Source of the DNA: Parerythrobacter sp.
GTDB taxonomy: Bacteria > Pseudomonadota > Alphaproteobacteria > Sphingomonadales > Sphingomonadaceae
Assembly (NCBI GenBank): GCA_028289565.1
Contig: JANQPE010000110.1
Coordinates: 2,841-66,840, forward strand
Reading direction: 5' to 3'
DNA: 64,000 bases
The notes under the pieces were generated by a model that was given only the letters and a program-made list of their open reading frames with translations, did not search any database and had not been told where the DNA came from. Position numbers and translations under genes: made by a program. Shown here piece after piece: positions 44,546 through 53,268 of this stretch; positions within the stretch are counted from its first letter, which is position 1; every line of letters starts with the position of its first letter.

Positions 44546-45256
44546 CTAATCGCCATCCGCCGTTGTCAGGTCAACGATGCTCTTCAGGATGCGGCGTGCC
44601 GCCGTCAGGTCCTTATCGCTGAAGCTTTCGGCCAGTTCGCACTCCAGTATCTTTGCCTGTTGCACGCTCATCTCTCCCCCCGAGAGATGTGCATTCGCAT
44701 GGGCGATCAGGGTGAAGAGCGAGTCCTTGCCGAAATACCCGGAGGATTTGCCAGGCGAACTACCGGGTGCGCTGGGGCTACGCTCGGCATAACCGCCACC
44801 ATGGAACAGCAGCGGGGCCTCGTCGCGGGCTTCGTAGGCGACGACTTCACCAACCATGATGATGTGATCGCCGCCGTCATATTGGTGGCGCGTACGGCAT
44901 TCGAACAAGGCTGCATGATCGGTGAAGACAGGCGAACCGAGTTCGCCGGAGCACCAATCCATGCCATCGAACTTGTCCTCGCCCGATATTGCGAAACGGT
45001 TGGACAGGTGGATTTGCGAAGCCGTCAGGACATGCACGGCAAAATGCCCGCTCTCGCTGAAAGCGGTGAGCGAGCGGGCATCCTTGGCCAGGGACCACAG
45101 GACGAGCGGCGGGTCGAGGCTGACCGAGTTGAAGCTGCTGGCAGTGACTCCTACCGGCATGCCGTTGTTATCGGTAGTGGTCGCGATCGTTACCCCGGTA
45201 GCGAATGACCCCAAGGCCCGGCGAAAGGCCAGCTTCTCTGTATCGTCAAGGCTCAT
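44546..45256 (-). CDS. Flavin reductase (FMN-binding split-barrel) domain protein with a ~75-aa C-terminal extension
   Basis: 236 aa with FRRALGSFATGVTIATT...GVTASSFNSVSLDPPLVLWSL...DHIIMVGEV, typical of HpaC/flavin-reductase-like proteins. A Ser/Pro/Gly linker and a helical tail follow. Confidence 0.8.
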   Translation of the reverse strand: MSLDDTEKLAFRRALGSFATGVTIATTTDNNGMPVGVTASSFNSVSLDPPLVLWSLAKDARSLTAFSESGHFAVHVLTASQIHLSNRFAISGEDKFDGMDWCSGELGSPVFTDHAALFECRTRHQYDGGDHIIMVGEVVAYEARDEAPLLFHGGGYAERSPSAPGSSPGKSSGYFGKDSLFTLIAHANAHLSGGEMSVQQAKILECELAESFSDKDLTAARRILKSIVDLTTADGD

Positions 45257-45371
45257 GATCGTGCCGGTGCTCCGGTTGTGCGCAAGTTCGCGATATGGGG
45301 CATGTGGCGCCGAACGGCGTATTTCTCAAGCACAGTCGGCATGGAGTGCCGGGTGCCCGGCGACAGTGCGC

Positions 45372-45575
45372 CTATCCGGTCCGCTTCCGGCATGTCCCGG
45401 CATGGCATGCTTGCATATCGCACGGCGTCCCAGGATCTTGCTCGTCATCCTCGATCGGGATGGTGATCGTACCGCCATTGCATAGCCGGGCGACTATCGA
45501 ACGCTCGCTACTTTCAGGCAGGGGCCCCGTGATCAGCGGCATGAGGGCGAGAAAGGAAATTGGCGAGCCAGTCAT
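45372..45575 (-). CDS. Hypothetical 67-aa protein (N-terminal hydrophobic helix, Cys/His-rich C-terminus), translationally coupled to ccoS
   Basis: The ORF-track entry is MTGSPISFLALMPLITGPL...PCDMQACHAGTCRKRTG. Its ATG overlaps the ccoS stop as ATGA (45572-45575). My hand count puts third-position G+C at roughly two thirds, which is not decisive. Confidence 0.3.
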   Translation of the reverse strand: MTGSPISFLALMPLITGPLPESSERSIVARLCNGGTITIPIEDDEQDPGTPCDMQACHAGTCRKRTG

Positions 45576-45721
45576 TCGTCGTCTTCCTCGTCGATCAATA
45601 TCCGGTTGGCCGCGCCATCGAGGTCATCGAACTGGCCGTGGCGCATCGCCCAGAAGAAGCAAGCCAGTCCCACGGCTCCCATTCCCAGCGCAATCGGGAT
45701 GAGGAAGGCAAGCCCGGTCAT
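45572..45721 (-). CDS. ccoS: cbb3 oxidase maturation protein CcoS/FixS
   Basis: Not in the track (49 aa). My translation is MTGLAFLIPIALGMGAVGLACFFWAMRHGQFDDLDGAANRILIDEEDDE, which carries the FixS signature FFWA.R.GQFDDLD. Its ATG overlaps the ccoI stop (ATGA). Confidence 0.85.
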   Translation of the reverse strand: MTGLAFLIPIALGMGAVGLACFFWAMRHGQFDDLDGAANRILIDEEDDE

Positions 45722-47841
45722 TTCGCAGCCCTGGAGAGACGAAGCGAATTGGCGATCACCACAAGCGAACTGCCCGACATGGCAATCGCGGCGATCAGCG
45801 GAGTGACCATCCCGGCCAGCGCCAGCGGAACGGCCAGGATGTTGTAGCCGATGGCGAAGGTGAAATTCTGTCTCACGATCCGCATCGTCGAGCGTGCGAC
45901 CCGCACTGCCAGTGCAACAGGCGCAAGTTCCTCTCCGATGAAAACGGCATCGGCGGCCTGCTGGCTGACATCGCTGGCTGTGCCCGGTGCGATCGAGGCA
46001 TGGGCCGCCGCCAGGGCGGGGCCATCATTAAGTCCGTCGCCAACCATCATCGGACGATGACCGGCGCGTTTGAGCCGTTCGATCCGATCGATCTTGCCTG
46101 CCGGAGTAACGGCAGCGTGGCTTTCGACGCCGAATTCGCGCGCCGTGGCCGCCACGGCCGTTTCCCGGTCCCCCGACAGGATTATCGATTCCAGGCCGAG
46201 GAGGCGCAAATCGGCAAGTGTCTCCCGTGCATCAAGGCGCATGGGATCGGCGAACGAGATCGTCTGCCTGCGACTGCCGATTACCAATTCGCTGGACAGG
46301 CATTGCGAACCTTCGGCAGGACGAATCAAGGCAACGCCGATGTCTTCGCAACGACCGGTCAGTCCGAAGCCTGCCCGTTCTTCCACCCTTTCGATTTGCG
46401 AGGGCCGTATGCCCTGAAGGCGCAAGCTTGTGGCCAACCCCTTGCTGAGCGGGTGACTGCTTTCCTGAGCGAGTCCTAGCGCAATCGATTTGGCGTGCGG
46501 ATCAAGGCCGGTGAGATCCGGGCGTGGTTCTCCCACTGTCAGCGTGCCTGTCTTGTCGAACAGGGCAATATCGACGTCTGCCAGCCTTTCCAGCGCGCTA
46601 CCATCCTTGACCAGAAGCCCGCGCCTGATCAGCGCATTGCTTGCAGTGACCTGCGCGGCGGGGACGGCCAGCCCCATGGCGCAGGGGCAGGTGATAATCA
46701 GTACTGCGATGGCAATGACGAGGGACTGATGCCATCCGGCCCCGGCAAGCATCCAGCCGATGAAGGCAAGCGCTGCAAGCGAGTGAACCGCAGGTGCGTA
46801 GAGACGTGCTGCGCGGTCCGCGATACGCACATAACGCGAACGGGACTGTCCCGCTTCGTCCATCAGCCTGGCGATTTCGGCGATCGCGGTATCGCCTGCG
46901 CTGGCGGTGATTTCCACACGGACCGGGCCGAGCAGGTTTATCGCACCGGCATGTACTTCGGAGCCGACCGTTACCGGGAAGGGGCGGCTTTCCCCTGTCA
47001 GCATCGAATTGTCGATCGTGCTGTCGCCGGAGATGACGGTGCCATCGGCAGCGAATGCTTCGCCCGCAGGAACCAACATGATCATCCCTGTTTCCAGGTC
47101 TTCGGCTGCAATTCGCGATGTTTGTCCTTCCTCGCCTACCACTTGTGCGCTCTTGCCCATTCGGCCAAGCAAGGCGCCGATCCCGGCCCGTGTTCGGTTG
47201 CGCATGGTTGCATCGAGCGCGCGGCCGCACAAAAGGAAGAACAGCAGCATTACAGCGCCATCGAAATAGGCATGCTCGCCTCCGGTCATCGTCTCGTAGA
47301 GGCTGAGTCCGGTCGCGAGCAGGACGCCGATCGAAATCGGTACGTCCATATTCGTCCGGCGATAACGCAATGCCATGAGGGCCGAGGAGAAAAACGGGCG
47401 TCCCGAATAGACGACTACCGGTAAGGCAATCAGCGCGGATAGCCAGTGAAACAGGTCCTTGGTTACCCCGCCTGCACCCGACCATACGCTGATCGATAAC
47501 AGCATGATGTTCATCATACCGAAGCCCGCTACGGCGAGCGCACGTAACAGCATTCTGCTATCGGCATCATCCTGCGCAAGGGGATTGGCCATGGCTGGCT
47601 GGGCCTCGAAACCCAACTGTCGCAGCCGGCCGACCAGCTCGTCTTCGGCAAGGAATCCCTCATGCCGAACGGCGACTCGCTTGGCGGAGAAATTCACCCG
47701 TGCCGCTTCGACACCCGGCATTTCGGCCAGGCCTCGCTCGATCTTTGCAATGCAGCCGGCGCAACGCATACCCGGTACGGTAAACCGGCTGTCCACCAGC
47801 TCGATCGCTTGATCGGGTAGAATTCCGGCGCGTGCGTTCAT
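45718..47841 (-). CDS. ccoI: Copper-translocating P1B-type ATPase CcoI/FixI
   Basis: HMA domain GMRCAGC, the CPC motif (ITCPCAMGL), the phosphorylation site DKTGTLT and the GDGLND hinge. ATG 47841 overlaps the ccoH stop (ATGA). Confidence 0.9.
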   Translation of the reverse strand: MNARAGILPDQAIELVDSRFTVPGMRCAGCIAKIERGLAEMPGVEAARVNFSAKRVAVRHEGFLAEDELVGRLRQLGFEAQPAMANPLAQDDADSRMLLRALAVAGFGMMNIMLLSISVWSGAGGVTKDLFHWLSALIALPVVVYSGRPFFSSALMALRYRRTNMDVPISIGVLLATGLSLYETMTGGEHAYFDGAVMLLFFLLCGRALDATMRNRTRAGIGALLGRMGKSAQVVGEEGQTSRIAAEDLETGMIMLVPAGEAFAADGTVISGDSTIDNSMLTGESRPFPVTVGSEVHAGAINLLGPVRVEITASAGDTAIAEIARLMDEAGQSRSRYVRIADRAARLYAPAVHSLAALAFIGWMLAGAGWHQSLVIAIAVLIITCPCAMGLAVPAAQVTASNALIRRGLLVKDGSALERLADVDIALFDKTGTLTVGEPRPDLTGLDPHAKSIALGLAQESSHPLSKGLATSLRLQGIRPSQIERVEERAGFGLTGRCEDIGVALIRPAEGSQCLSSELVIGSRRQTISFADPMRLDARETLADLRLLGLESIILSGDRETAVAATAREFGVESHAAVTPAGKIDRIERLKRAGHRPMMVGDGLNDGPALAAAHASIAPGTASDVSQQAADAVFIGEELAPVALAVRVARSTMRIVRQNFTFAIGYNILAVPLALAGMVTPLIAAIAMSGSSLVVIANSLRLSRAAK

Positions 47842-48284
47842 CGCAACTCGCTTTCCGACTTCCATTGCCGACCGCCTGATTCGATGGTTAAGCGGACAAG
47901 CCACCGGCCCGCGGGAAGAGGATTCGGAGATCGATAGAGGTTCGGCGCGTTACGAAGCAGCGACAGCTCCCTGTATTCGGCTTGTCCCAGCGGTCTGCGC
48001 AGCTTGGCGTTGACCACTGCACCTGCCGGGACACCTTCGGTCTCCACTTCCAGCCAGCCATCCTCCGTACGCTTAGTCGCAGCTTGCCAGCCAAGGCCCT
48101 CCTGTCGCTCGGCTTCTTCGAGCCAACCGTTGAATTTCTGGCTCGCGATATAGGAATTCTCGACCACCACCCCGCCGAAACCGCTAGTGGCTACCGCAGC
48201 CATCGAGAAGTTGACGGCCATGACGATACCGAACCCGCCGACCAGCACCATCGCCATATGCTTTCCGGTGAATTCGTTACGCAT
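47838..48284 (-). CDS. ccoH: cbb3 oxidase assembly protein CcoH/FixH
   Basis: Only the C-terminal 148 aa of the track ORF are used: MRNEFTGKHMAMVLVGGFGIVMAVNFSMA..., one TM helix plus a FixH domain. The start lies 3 nt after the ccoG stop. Confidence 0.8.
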   Translation of the reverse strand: MRNEFTGKHMAMVLVGGFGIVMAVNFSMAAVATSGFGGVVVENSYIASQKFNGWLEEAERQEGLGWQAATKRTEDGWLEVETEGVPAGAVVNAKLRRPLGQAEYRELSLLRNAPNLYRSPNPLPAGRWLVRLTIESGGRQWKSESELR

Positions 48285-48286
48285 CG

Positions 48287-49735
48287 CTATTCTCCCACGG
48301 GTGCGCTGAAGAGCGTTTCGGTACGGTCCTGCTCGCGTTGTTCGTCGAGCGAGGTCAGGCGGAAGGAGAACTTTTGCGAACCCGCTTCCGGCGCAGCCGT
48401 AACATAGGCCCGTACTGTGCGGGTAGCGTCGGCTGGAACCATGACAGTCTGTGTCCGCGCTGCATCGTTCCGTCCGATCGCATCGGTCCACATCACGGCT
48501 TCCGGCAGGTCTTCGAGAGCGATTTCCATGTCGCGCGGGCGGCTTTCCATGTTGCGCAGCTTGAGCGTGTAGGCATTGCGTACCGAGCCATCGCTCATCA
48601 GCATATAGGGCGGGTTGCGATCGGGCGATACGGTAAGCTCCGTATGATTGCGCGTACCCAGGGCGAATAACAGAGCCAGGCCGATTCCGCCCCAGACGGT
48701 AAAATAGATCAGCGTGCGCGGGCGCAGCAGCGTCTTCCAGACAGTCTTCGGTTCCTCGCCTGCAGCCTCGTGTTCGCAATCTTCGAGCGTTGCATAGTCG
48801 ATCAACCCGCGCGGCCTGCCCACTTCGCCCATGACCCTGTCACAGGCATCGATGCATAAGGCACAGGTTATGCAGCCGATTTGCGCACCTTCGCGGATAT
48901 CGATCCCGGTGGGGCATACCGCGACACACTGATTGCAGTCGATGCAATCGCCGAAATGTCCGGGATCCCTGCGCGCTTTCTTCACGCTGCCACGCGGTTC
49001 GCCACGCCAGTCCTTGTAGGTGACGATCAGAGATTTTTCATCGAGCATGGCCGACTGGATGCGCGGCCAGGGGCACATATAGATACACACCTGCTCGCGC
49101 ATGAATCCACCAAGGACGAAGGTCGTCAGCGTCAGAATCGCGACGGTGATATAGGCGATCGGCAGTGCCTGTCCGGTCCAAAAATCCACTGTCAAGGTCG
49201 GCGCATCGGCGAAATACATGATCCATGCACCGCCAGTCCAGAATGCAATGACGAGGTAGATCAGCCACTTGAAGGAACGTCGGGCGATCTTGCCCGCTGC
49301 CCACGGTGCCTTGTCCAGTCGCATGCGCTTGTTGCGGTCGCCGTCGACGAAACGGTCGACATGCTGAAACAGGTCGGTCCACACTGTCTGCGGGCAGGCA
49401 TAGCCGCACCATGCCCGACCGACCGCACTGGTAACCAGAAACAGGCCGATACCGGCCATGATCAACAGGCCGGCAACGAAATAGAATTCGTGCGGCCAAA
49501 TCTCGATCCCAAACATGTAAAAGCGGCGATTGGCGAGATCGACCAGCACGGCCTGATCGGGAGCATAGGGACCTCGATCCCAGCGTATCCATGGTGTGCC
49601 GTAATAGATGCCGAGAGTGACGAGCATCACCAGCCATTTGAACCGGCGGAAAGGCCCGTCGATCCGCTGTGGGTGAACCGCTTTGCGTTTTTCGTATAGT
49701 GCTTCGGTTACGGTTGATGCGTCAGGGCTGTTCAT
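48287..49735 (-). CDS. ccoG: cbb3 oxidase accessory 4Fe-4S protein CcoG/FixG
   Basis: TM helices plus two ferredoxin-type clusters (CIDCNQCVAVCP, CITCALCIDACD). I moved the start to ATG 49735 (MNSPDAS). Confidence 0.9.
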   Translation of the reverse strand: MNSPDASTVTEALYEKRKAVHPQRIDGPFRRFKWLVMLVTLGIYYGTPWIRWDRGPYAPDQAVLVDLANRRFYMFGIEIWPHEFYFVAGLLIMAGIGLFLVTSAVGRAWCGYACPQTVWTDLFQHVDRFVDGDRNKRMRLDKAPWAAGKIARRSFKWLIYLVIAFWTGGAWIMYFADAPTLTVDFWTGQALPIAYITVAILTLTTFVLGGFMREQVCIYMCPWPRIQSAMLDEKSLIVTYKDWRGEPRGSVKKARRDPGHFGDCIDCNQCVAVCPTGIDIREGAQIGCITCALCIDACDRVMGEVGRPRGLIDYATLEDCEHEAAGEEPKTVWKTLLRPRTLIYFTVWGGIGLALLFALGTRNHTELTVSPDRNPPYMLMSDGSVRNAYTLKLRNMESRPRDMEIALEDLPEAVMWTDAIGRNDAARTQTVMVPADATRTVRAYVTAAPEAGSQKFSFRLTSLDEQREQDRTETLFSAPVGE

Positions 49736-50636
49736 CTGCCTTTGCCGCCGGGTCCTCGGCGACCTCCACGAAGTCTTCGCCTCCCCCGCGTGAATGGACA
49801 TAAGCGGCCAGCATCTTGATCGTAGCCGGGTCGAGCCTGCTTTCCCAACTGGGCATCATGCCCATGCGGGGCTGCAGAATTTGCCGTCTGACCTCTTCGC
49901 GCGAGCTGCCATAAAGCCAGATTGCGTCGTTCAGCTTCGGTGATCCCTGCGCCCGATCGCCTTCCCCGTTTGCGCCATGGCAGGCCACGCAATTGTCGGC
50001 ATAGATTTGCGCACCGACAGGATTGCTTTCGGCCTTGCCGCTCAGCGACAGCACATGCTGGACCAGCGCATTCGTCTGGGCCGGCTCGAACACGCCTTCA
50101 TAGGGTGGCATGGAACTCAGCCGGGCTCCGTCGTTGCCCTGTTCGCGGATACCGTGGGTAATGGTATATTCGATTGCCTTGAGATCGCCGCCCCAAAGCC
50201 AGTCGTCGTCGTTGAGGTTCGGATAGCCTGGGCTGCCTGCGGCGCCCGACCCGTGGCACTGCACGCAATTGACCTTGAATGCCGCATTGCCCCCGGCCAC
50301 TGCCTGCTGCATCAGCTCTTCATTGGCCGGCAGTTGCTCGATTGGTACACGGGCGAGGGCATTGCGAAAGGACATGCGCGCTTGGTCGGCAATGTCCAGT
50401 TCCTTGGCCAGTTCGCCACGGCTGGTCCAGCCAAGGACACCTTCGGTACCCTTGTTGATCAACGGCCAGGCAGGATAAAGGACGACATAGACGATGCCCC
50501 AAGCGATAGTCAGGTAGAAGGTCCACAGCCACCAGCGCGGCATCGGGGTGTCGAGTTCTTCGATTCCATCCCACTCATGGCCGACGAATTCTGTCCCGGT
50601 CGGTTCGTCGATGCGCTTATCTGCCATCGTCTTCAT
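49722..50636 (-). CDS. ccoP: cbb3-type cytochrome c oxidase subunit III (diheme c) CcoP
   Basis: 304 aa with an N-terminal TM helix and two CxxCH sites (CVQCHG, CVACHG). Confidence 0.92.
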   Translation of the reverse strand: MKTMADKRIDEPTGTEFVGHEWDGIEELDTPMPRWWLWTFYLTIAWGIVYVVLYPAWPLINKGTEGVLGWTSRGELAKELDIADQARMSFRNALARVPIEQLPANEELMQQAVAGGNAAFKVNCVQCHGSGAAGSPGYPNLNDDDWLWGGDLKAIEYTITHGIREQGNDGARLSSMPPYEGVFEPAQTNALVQHVLSLSGKAESNPVGAQIYADNCVACHGANGEGDRAQGSPKLNDAIWLYGSSREEVRRQILQPRMGMMPSWESRLDPATIKMLAAYVHSRGGGEDFVEVAEDPAAKADEQP

Positions 50637-50781
50637 CCTTGAAAATCATCGTCGCGGCATTGCGGTTATATTGCTTCGATCCGGGCCGGAACGGCCATGC
50701 ACAGAGCAGAAGGAAGAGCGCTATCATCACGACCAGCCCATAGCTGTCGGCAAAATGGCGAAGGGTGTCGTACAGGCTCAT
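50617..50781 (-). CDS. ccoQ: cbb3-type oxidase small subunit CcoQ
   Basis: Not in the track (54 aa). My translation is [54 protein letters not shown], a single TM helix. Its ATG overlaps the ccoO stop (ATGA 50778-50781), and its position between ccoO and ccoP is the expected one. Confidence 0.65.
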   Translation of the reverse strand: MSLYDTLRHFADSYGLVVMIALFLLLCAWPFRPGSKQYNRNAATMIFKDEDDGR

Positions 50782-51524
50782 CGACCTTTCTCCTCCGCCA
50801 GTTCTTCCTGCGCGGCAGCGCTGTCCACATCGACCAGTGTGCCGAGCATCTGGAGATAGGCGACCAGCGCATCCATTTCGGTCAAACGCCCTGGTTTCCC
50901 GTCGAAATCGCGAATCTGCGCCTTGGGATAGCGCTCGACGAAATCCTCCGGATTGCGGAATGGATCGGCCTGGGCCAGCAAGTCTTCCTCGGCCCGTTCG
51001 ATATCGCGGTCGCTATACGGTACGCCAACTCGACGCAGCGCGATCAGCCGGGCCGAAGGATCGCCGATCTTCAACGAGGTTTCGCTGAGGAAGGAATATT
51101 GCGGCATGATGCTTTCGGGCACGACGCTTTGCGGATCCTCGAGATGCTGGACATGCCATTCGTCCGAGTAGCGCCCACCGACGCGTGCGAGATCGGGACC
51201 GGTGCGTTTGGAGCCCCATTGGAAAGGATGGTCGTACATGCTTTCCGCAGCGAGGCTGTAATGACCGTAACGCTCCACCTCGTCCCGGAACGGGCGGATC
51301 ATCTGACTGTGGCACGTATAACAGCCCTCGCGAATGTAAATGTCGCGCCCGGCCTGTTCCAGTGGAGTGTAGGGACGCATTCCATCCACCTTCTCGACCG
51401 TGTTGTCGATCCAGAATAGCGGGGCGATCTCGACGATGCCGCCGATCGCAACTGTCACGAAGGTTGCTACCGCCAGCAGGGTAACATTGCGTTCGAGCTT
51501 CTTGTGGTTTTCCGTCATGCTCAT
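50778..51524 (-). CDS. ccoO: cbb3-type cytochrome c oxidase subunit II (monoheme c) CcoO
   Basis: 248 aa with a TM anchor, CYTCHS heme site and the conserved GPDL.RVG..Y...W segment. Confidence 0.95.
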   Translation of the reverse strand: MSMTENHKKLERNVTLLAVATFVTVAIGGIVEIAPLFWIDNTVEKVDGMRPYTPLEQAGRDIYIREGCYTCHSQMIRPFRDEVERYGHYSLAAESMYDHPFQWGSKRTGPDLARVGGRYSDEWHVQHLEDPQSVVPESIMPQYSFLSETSLKIGDPSARLIALRRVGVPYSDRDIERAEEDLLAQADPFRNPEDFVERYPKAQIRDFDGKPGRLTEMDALVAYLQMLGTLVDVDSAAAQEELAEEKGR

Positions 51525-51535
51525 CGGTCGGCTCC

Positions 51536-53191
51536 CTATTCAGCCGGCACGGCGGTGATCGGACGGTCTTTTTCGGCGTCGTGAGGAGCGTTGCGCAATG
51601 ATGCCTCCTCGCGCACCTTGCCGGCCAGCGTCATCCACACATTGTAGGTCATGATCACTGCGCCAGCGAGGTAGAGCAACCCGCCGAAAGCACGCATCAT
51701 GTACATTGGCTCCAGGGCGGCAACGGTATCGACGAAGCTGTTAACGAGATAGCCGTCGGGTCCGTATTCGCGCCACATCAAGCCCTGGGTGACGCCTGCC
51801 ACCCACATGCTTGCGGCGTAAAACACGATACCCAGAGTCGCGAGCCAGAAATGCCAGTTGATCATCCGCAAGGAATAGAGTCGCTCGCGCCGCCACAGGC
51901 GCGGTACGAGATAGTAAACGGCGGCGAAAGTGATCAGGCCGTTCCATCCCAGCGCGCCGGAATGCACATGACCGATGGTCCAGTCGGTGTAATGCGACAG
52001 GCTGTTAACGCTCTTGATCGACATCATCGGCCCTTCGAATGTGCTCATCCCGTAGAAGGCGAGCGACATCGCCATCATTCGGATGATCGGATCAGTGCGG
52101 ATCTTGTCCCAGGCGCCGTTCAGTGTCATCAGGCCGTTGATCATACCGCCCCAACTGGGCATCCACAGGATCACCGAAAAGACCATGCCCAGCGTCTGCG
52201 CCCAGTCGGGCAGAGCGGTGTAATGGAGATGGTGGGGGCCGGCCCAGATATAAAGGAAGATCAGCGACCAGAAGTGGATGATCGAGAGGCGATAGGAATA
52301 GACCGGCCGGTCCGCCTGCTTCGGTACGAAGTAATACATCATCGCCAGGAAGCCAGCGGTCAGGAAGAATCCGACTGCGTTATGGCCATACCACCACTGA
52401 GTCAGTGCATCCTGCACGCCCGCGAACGCACTGTAACTGCGCGAACCGAGCAGGCTGACCGGCATGGCCAAATTGTTGACCACATGCAGCATCGCAATGG
52501 TGACGATAAAGGCCAGGAAGAACCAGTTTGCGACATAGATATGCGGTTCGCGACGCTTAACTATGGTTCCGATGAAGACGGCGGCGTAGCAGAGCCAGAC
52601 GATAGTCAGCCACAGATCGACATACCATTCGGGCTCGGCATATTCCTTCGACTGGGTGATGCCGAGCAGATAGCCGGTCGCGGCCAGCACGATAAACAGC
52701 TGGTACCCCCAGAAGACGAAGCGTGCGAGTCCGGGGAAAGCAAGCTGGGTACGGCAGGTTCGCTGGACGATGTAGAAGCTGGTAGCGATGAGCGCATTGC
52801 CGCCGAACGCGAAGATTACCGCTGATGTATGCAGCGGCCGTACGCGCCCGAAGCTGAGATAAGGTTCGAAGTTGAGCTCGGGAAAGACGAGCTGCAGGGC
52901 GATGAACACACCAGCGAGAAAACCAGCCATTCCCCAGAAAATCGTTGCTAGTACCCCCCAGCGTATAGGGTCGTCGTCATAGCGCGAAGGCCCCTCGGGC
53001 ATGCGGAACATGCCCTGTGCTTTCGCCAGCGGATCATAACATGCGGCGGTGATCCAAATCAGAATGAGCGCAACGATCGCAATGATCGTCATATGGGCGG
53101 CGAAACCGCTATCCTGCGCACTTACAATTGCTACTATCGAGAGCAACAGCAGTGCGAACCAAAGGCCGATCCGGCCGAGAACAGCTTCCAT
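51536..53191 (-). CDS. ccoN: cbb3-type cytochrome c oxidase subunit I CcoN
   Basis: 12+ TM heme-copper oxidase pattern with the conserved His ligands ([28 protein letters not shown]). I chose ATG 53191, behind AAGGAGG, rather than the track's GTG 53200. Confidence 0.95.
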   Translation of the reverse strand: MEAVLGRIGLWFALLLLSIVAIVSAQDSGFAAHMTIIAIVALILIWITAACYDPLAKAQGMFRMPEGPSRYDDDPIRWGVLATIFWGMAGFLAGVFIALQLVFPELNFEPYLSFGRVRPLHTSAVIFAFGGNALIATSFYIVQRTCRTQLAFPGLARFVFWGYQLFIVLAATGYLLGITQSKEYAEPEWYVDLWLTIVWLCYAAVFIGTIVKRREPHIYVANWFFLAFIVTIAMLHVVNNLAMPVSLLGSRSYSAFAGVQDALTQWWYGHNAVGFFLTAGFLAMMYYFVPKQADRPVYSYRLSIIHFWSLIFLYIWAGPHHLHYTALPDWAQTLGMVFSVILWMPSWGGMINGLMTLNGAWDKIRTDPIIRMMAMSLAFYGMSTFEGPMMSIKSVNSLSHYTDWTIGHVHSGALGWNGLITFAAVYYLVPRLWRRERLYSLRMINWHFWLATLGIVFYAASMWVAGVTQGLMWREYGPDGYLVNSFVDTVAALEPMYMMRAFGGLLYLAGAVIMTYNVWMTLAGKVREEASLRNAPHDAEKDRPITAVPAE

Positions 53192-53245
53192 GGAATTCAC
53201 GCCTCCTTAGCACCGCCGCGTTAGGCGAGCGCCTGTATCGCTTCA

Positions 53246-53259
53246 TTGATTTGGCTCAA
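53246..53259. promoter_or_regulatory. FNR/FixK-type box upstream of ccoN
   Basis: TTGATTTGGCTCAA matches the consensus TTGAT-N4-ATCAA at 9 of 10 positions. It is centred about 61 nt upstream of the ccoN ATG. Confidence 0.6.
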
Positions 53260-53268
53260 ATTTGAAAA

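Noticed and set aside
44234-45208. ORFs spanning the poly-C tract (44234..44533 minus, giving GGGGGGG; 44270..45208 plus, giving PPPPPPP)
   Set aside because: The plus ORF is antisense to the SDR start and then to the flavin reductase. The minus ORF has no RBS or motif. The homopolymer-encoded Gly/Pro runs are by-products of the tract.
46495-47485. 309-aa plus-strand and 295-aa minus-strand ORFs inside ccoI
   Set aside because: They are alternative frames of a gene with unambiguous P-type ATPase motifs, and their translations are Arg/Gly/Pro-rich.
47838-48779. 313-aa version of the ccoH ORF
   Set aside because: The N-terminal 165 residues overlap ccoG in another frame and are Arg-rich nonsense. 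The FixH-like protein starts at ATG 48284, 3 nt after the ccoG stop.
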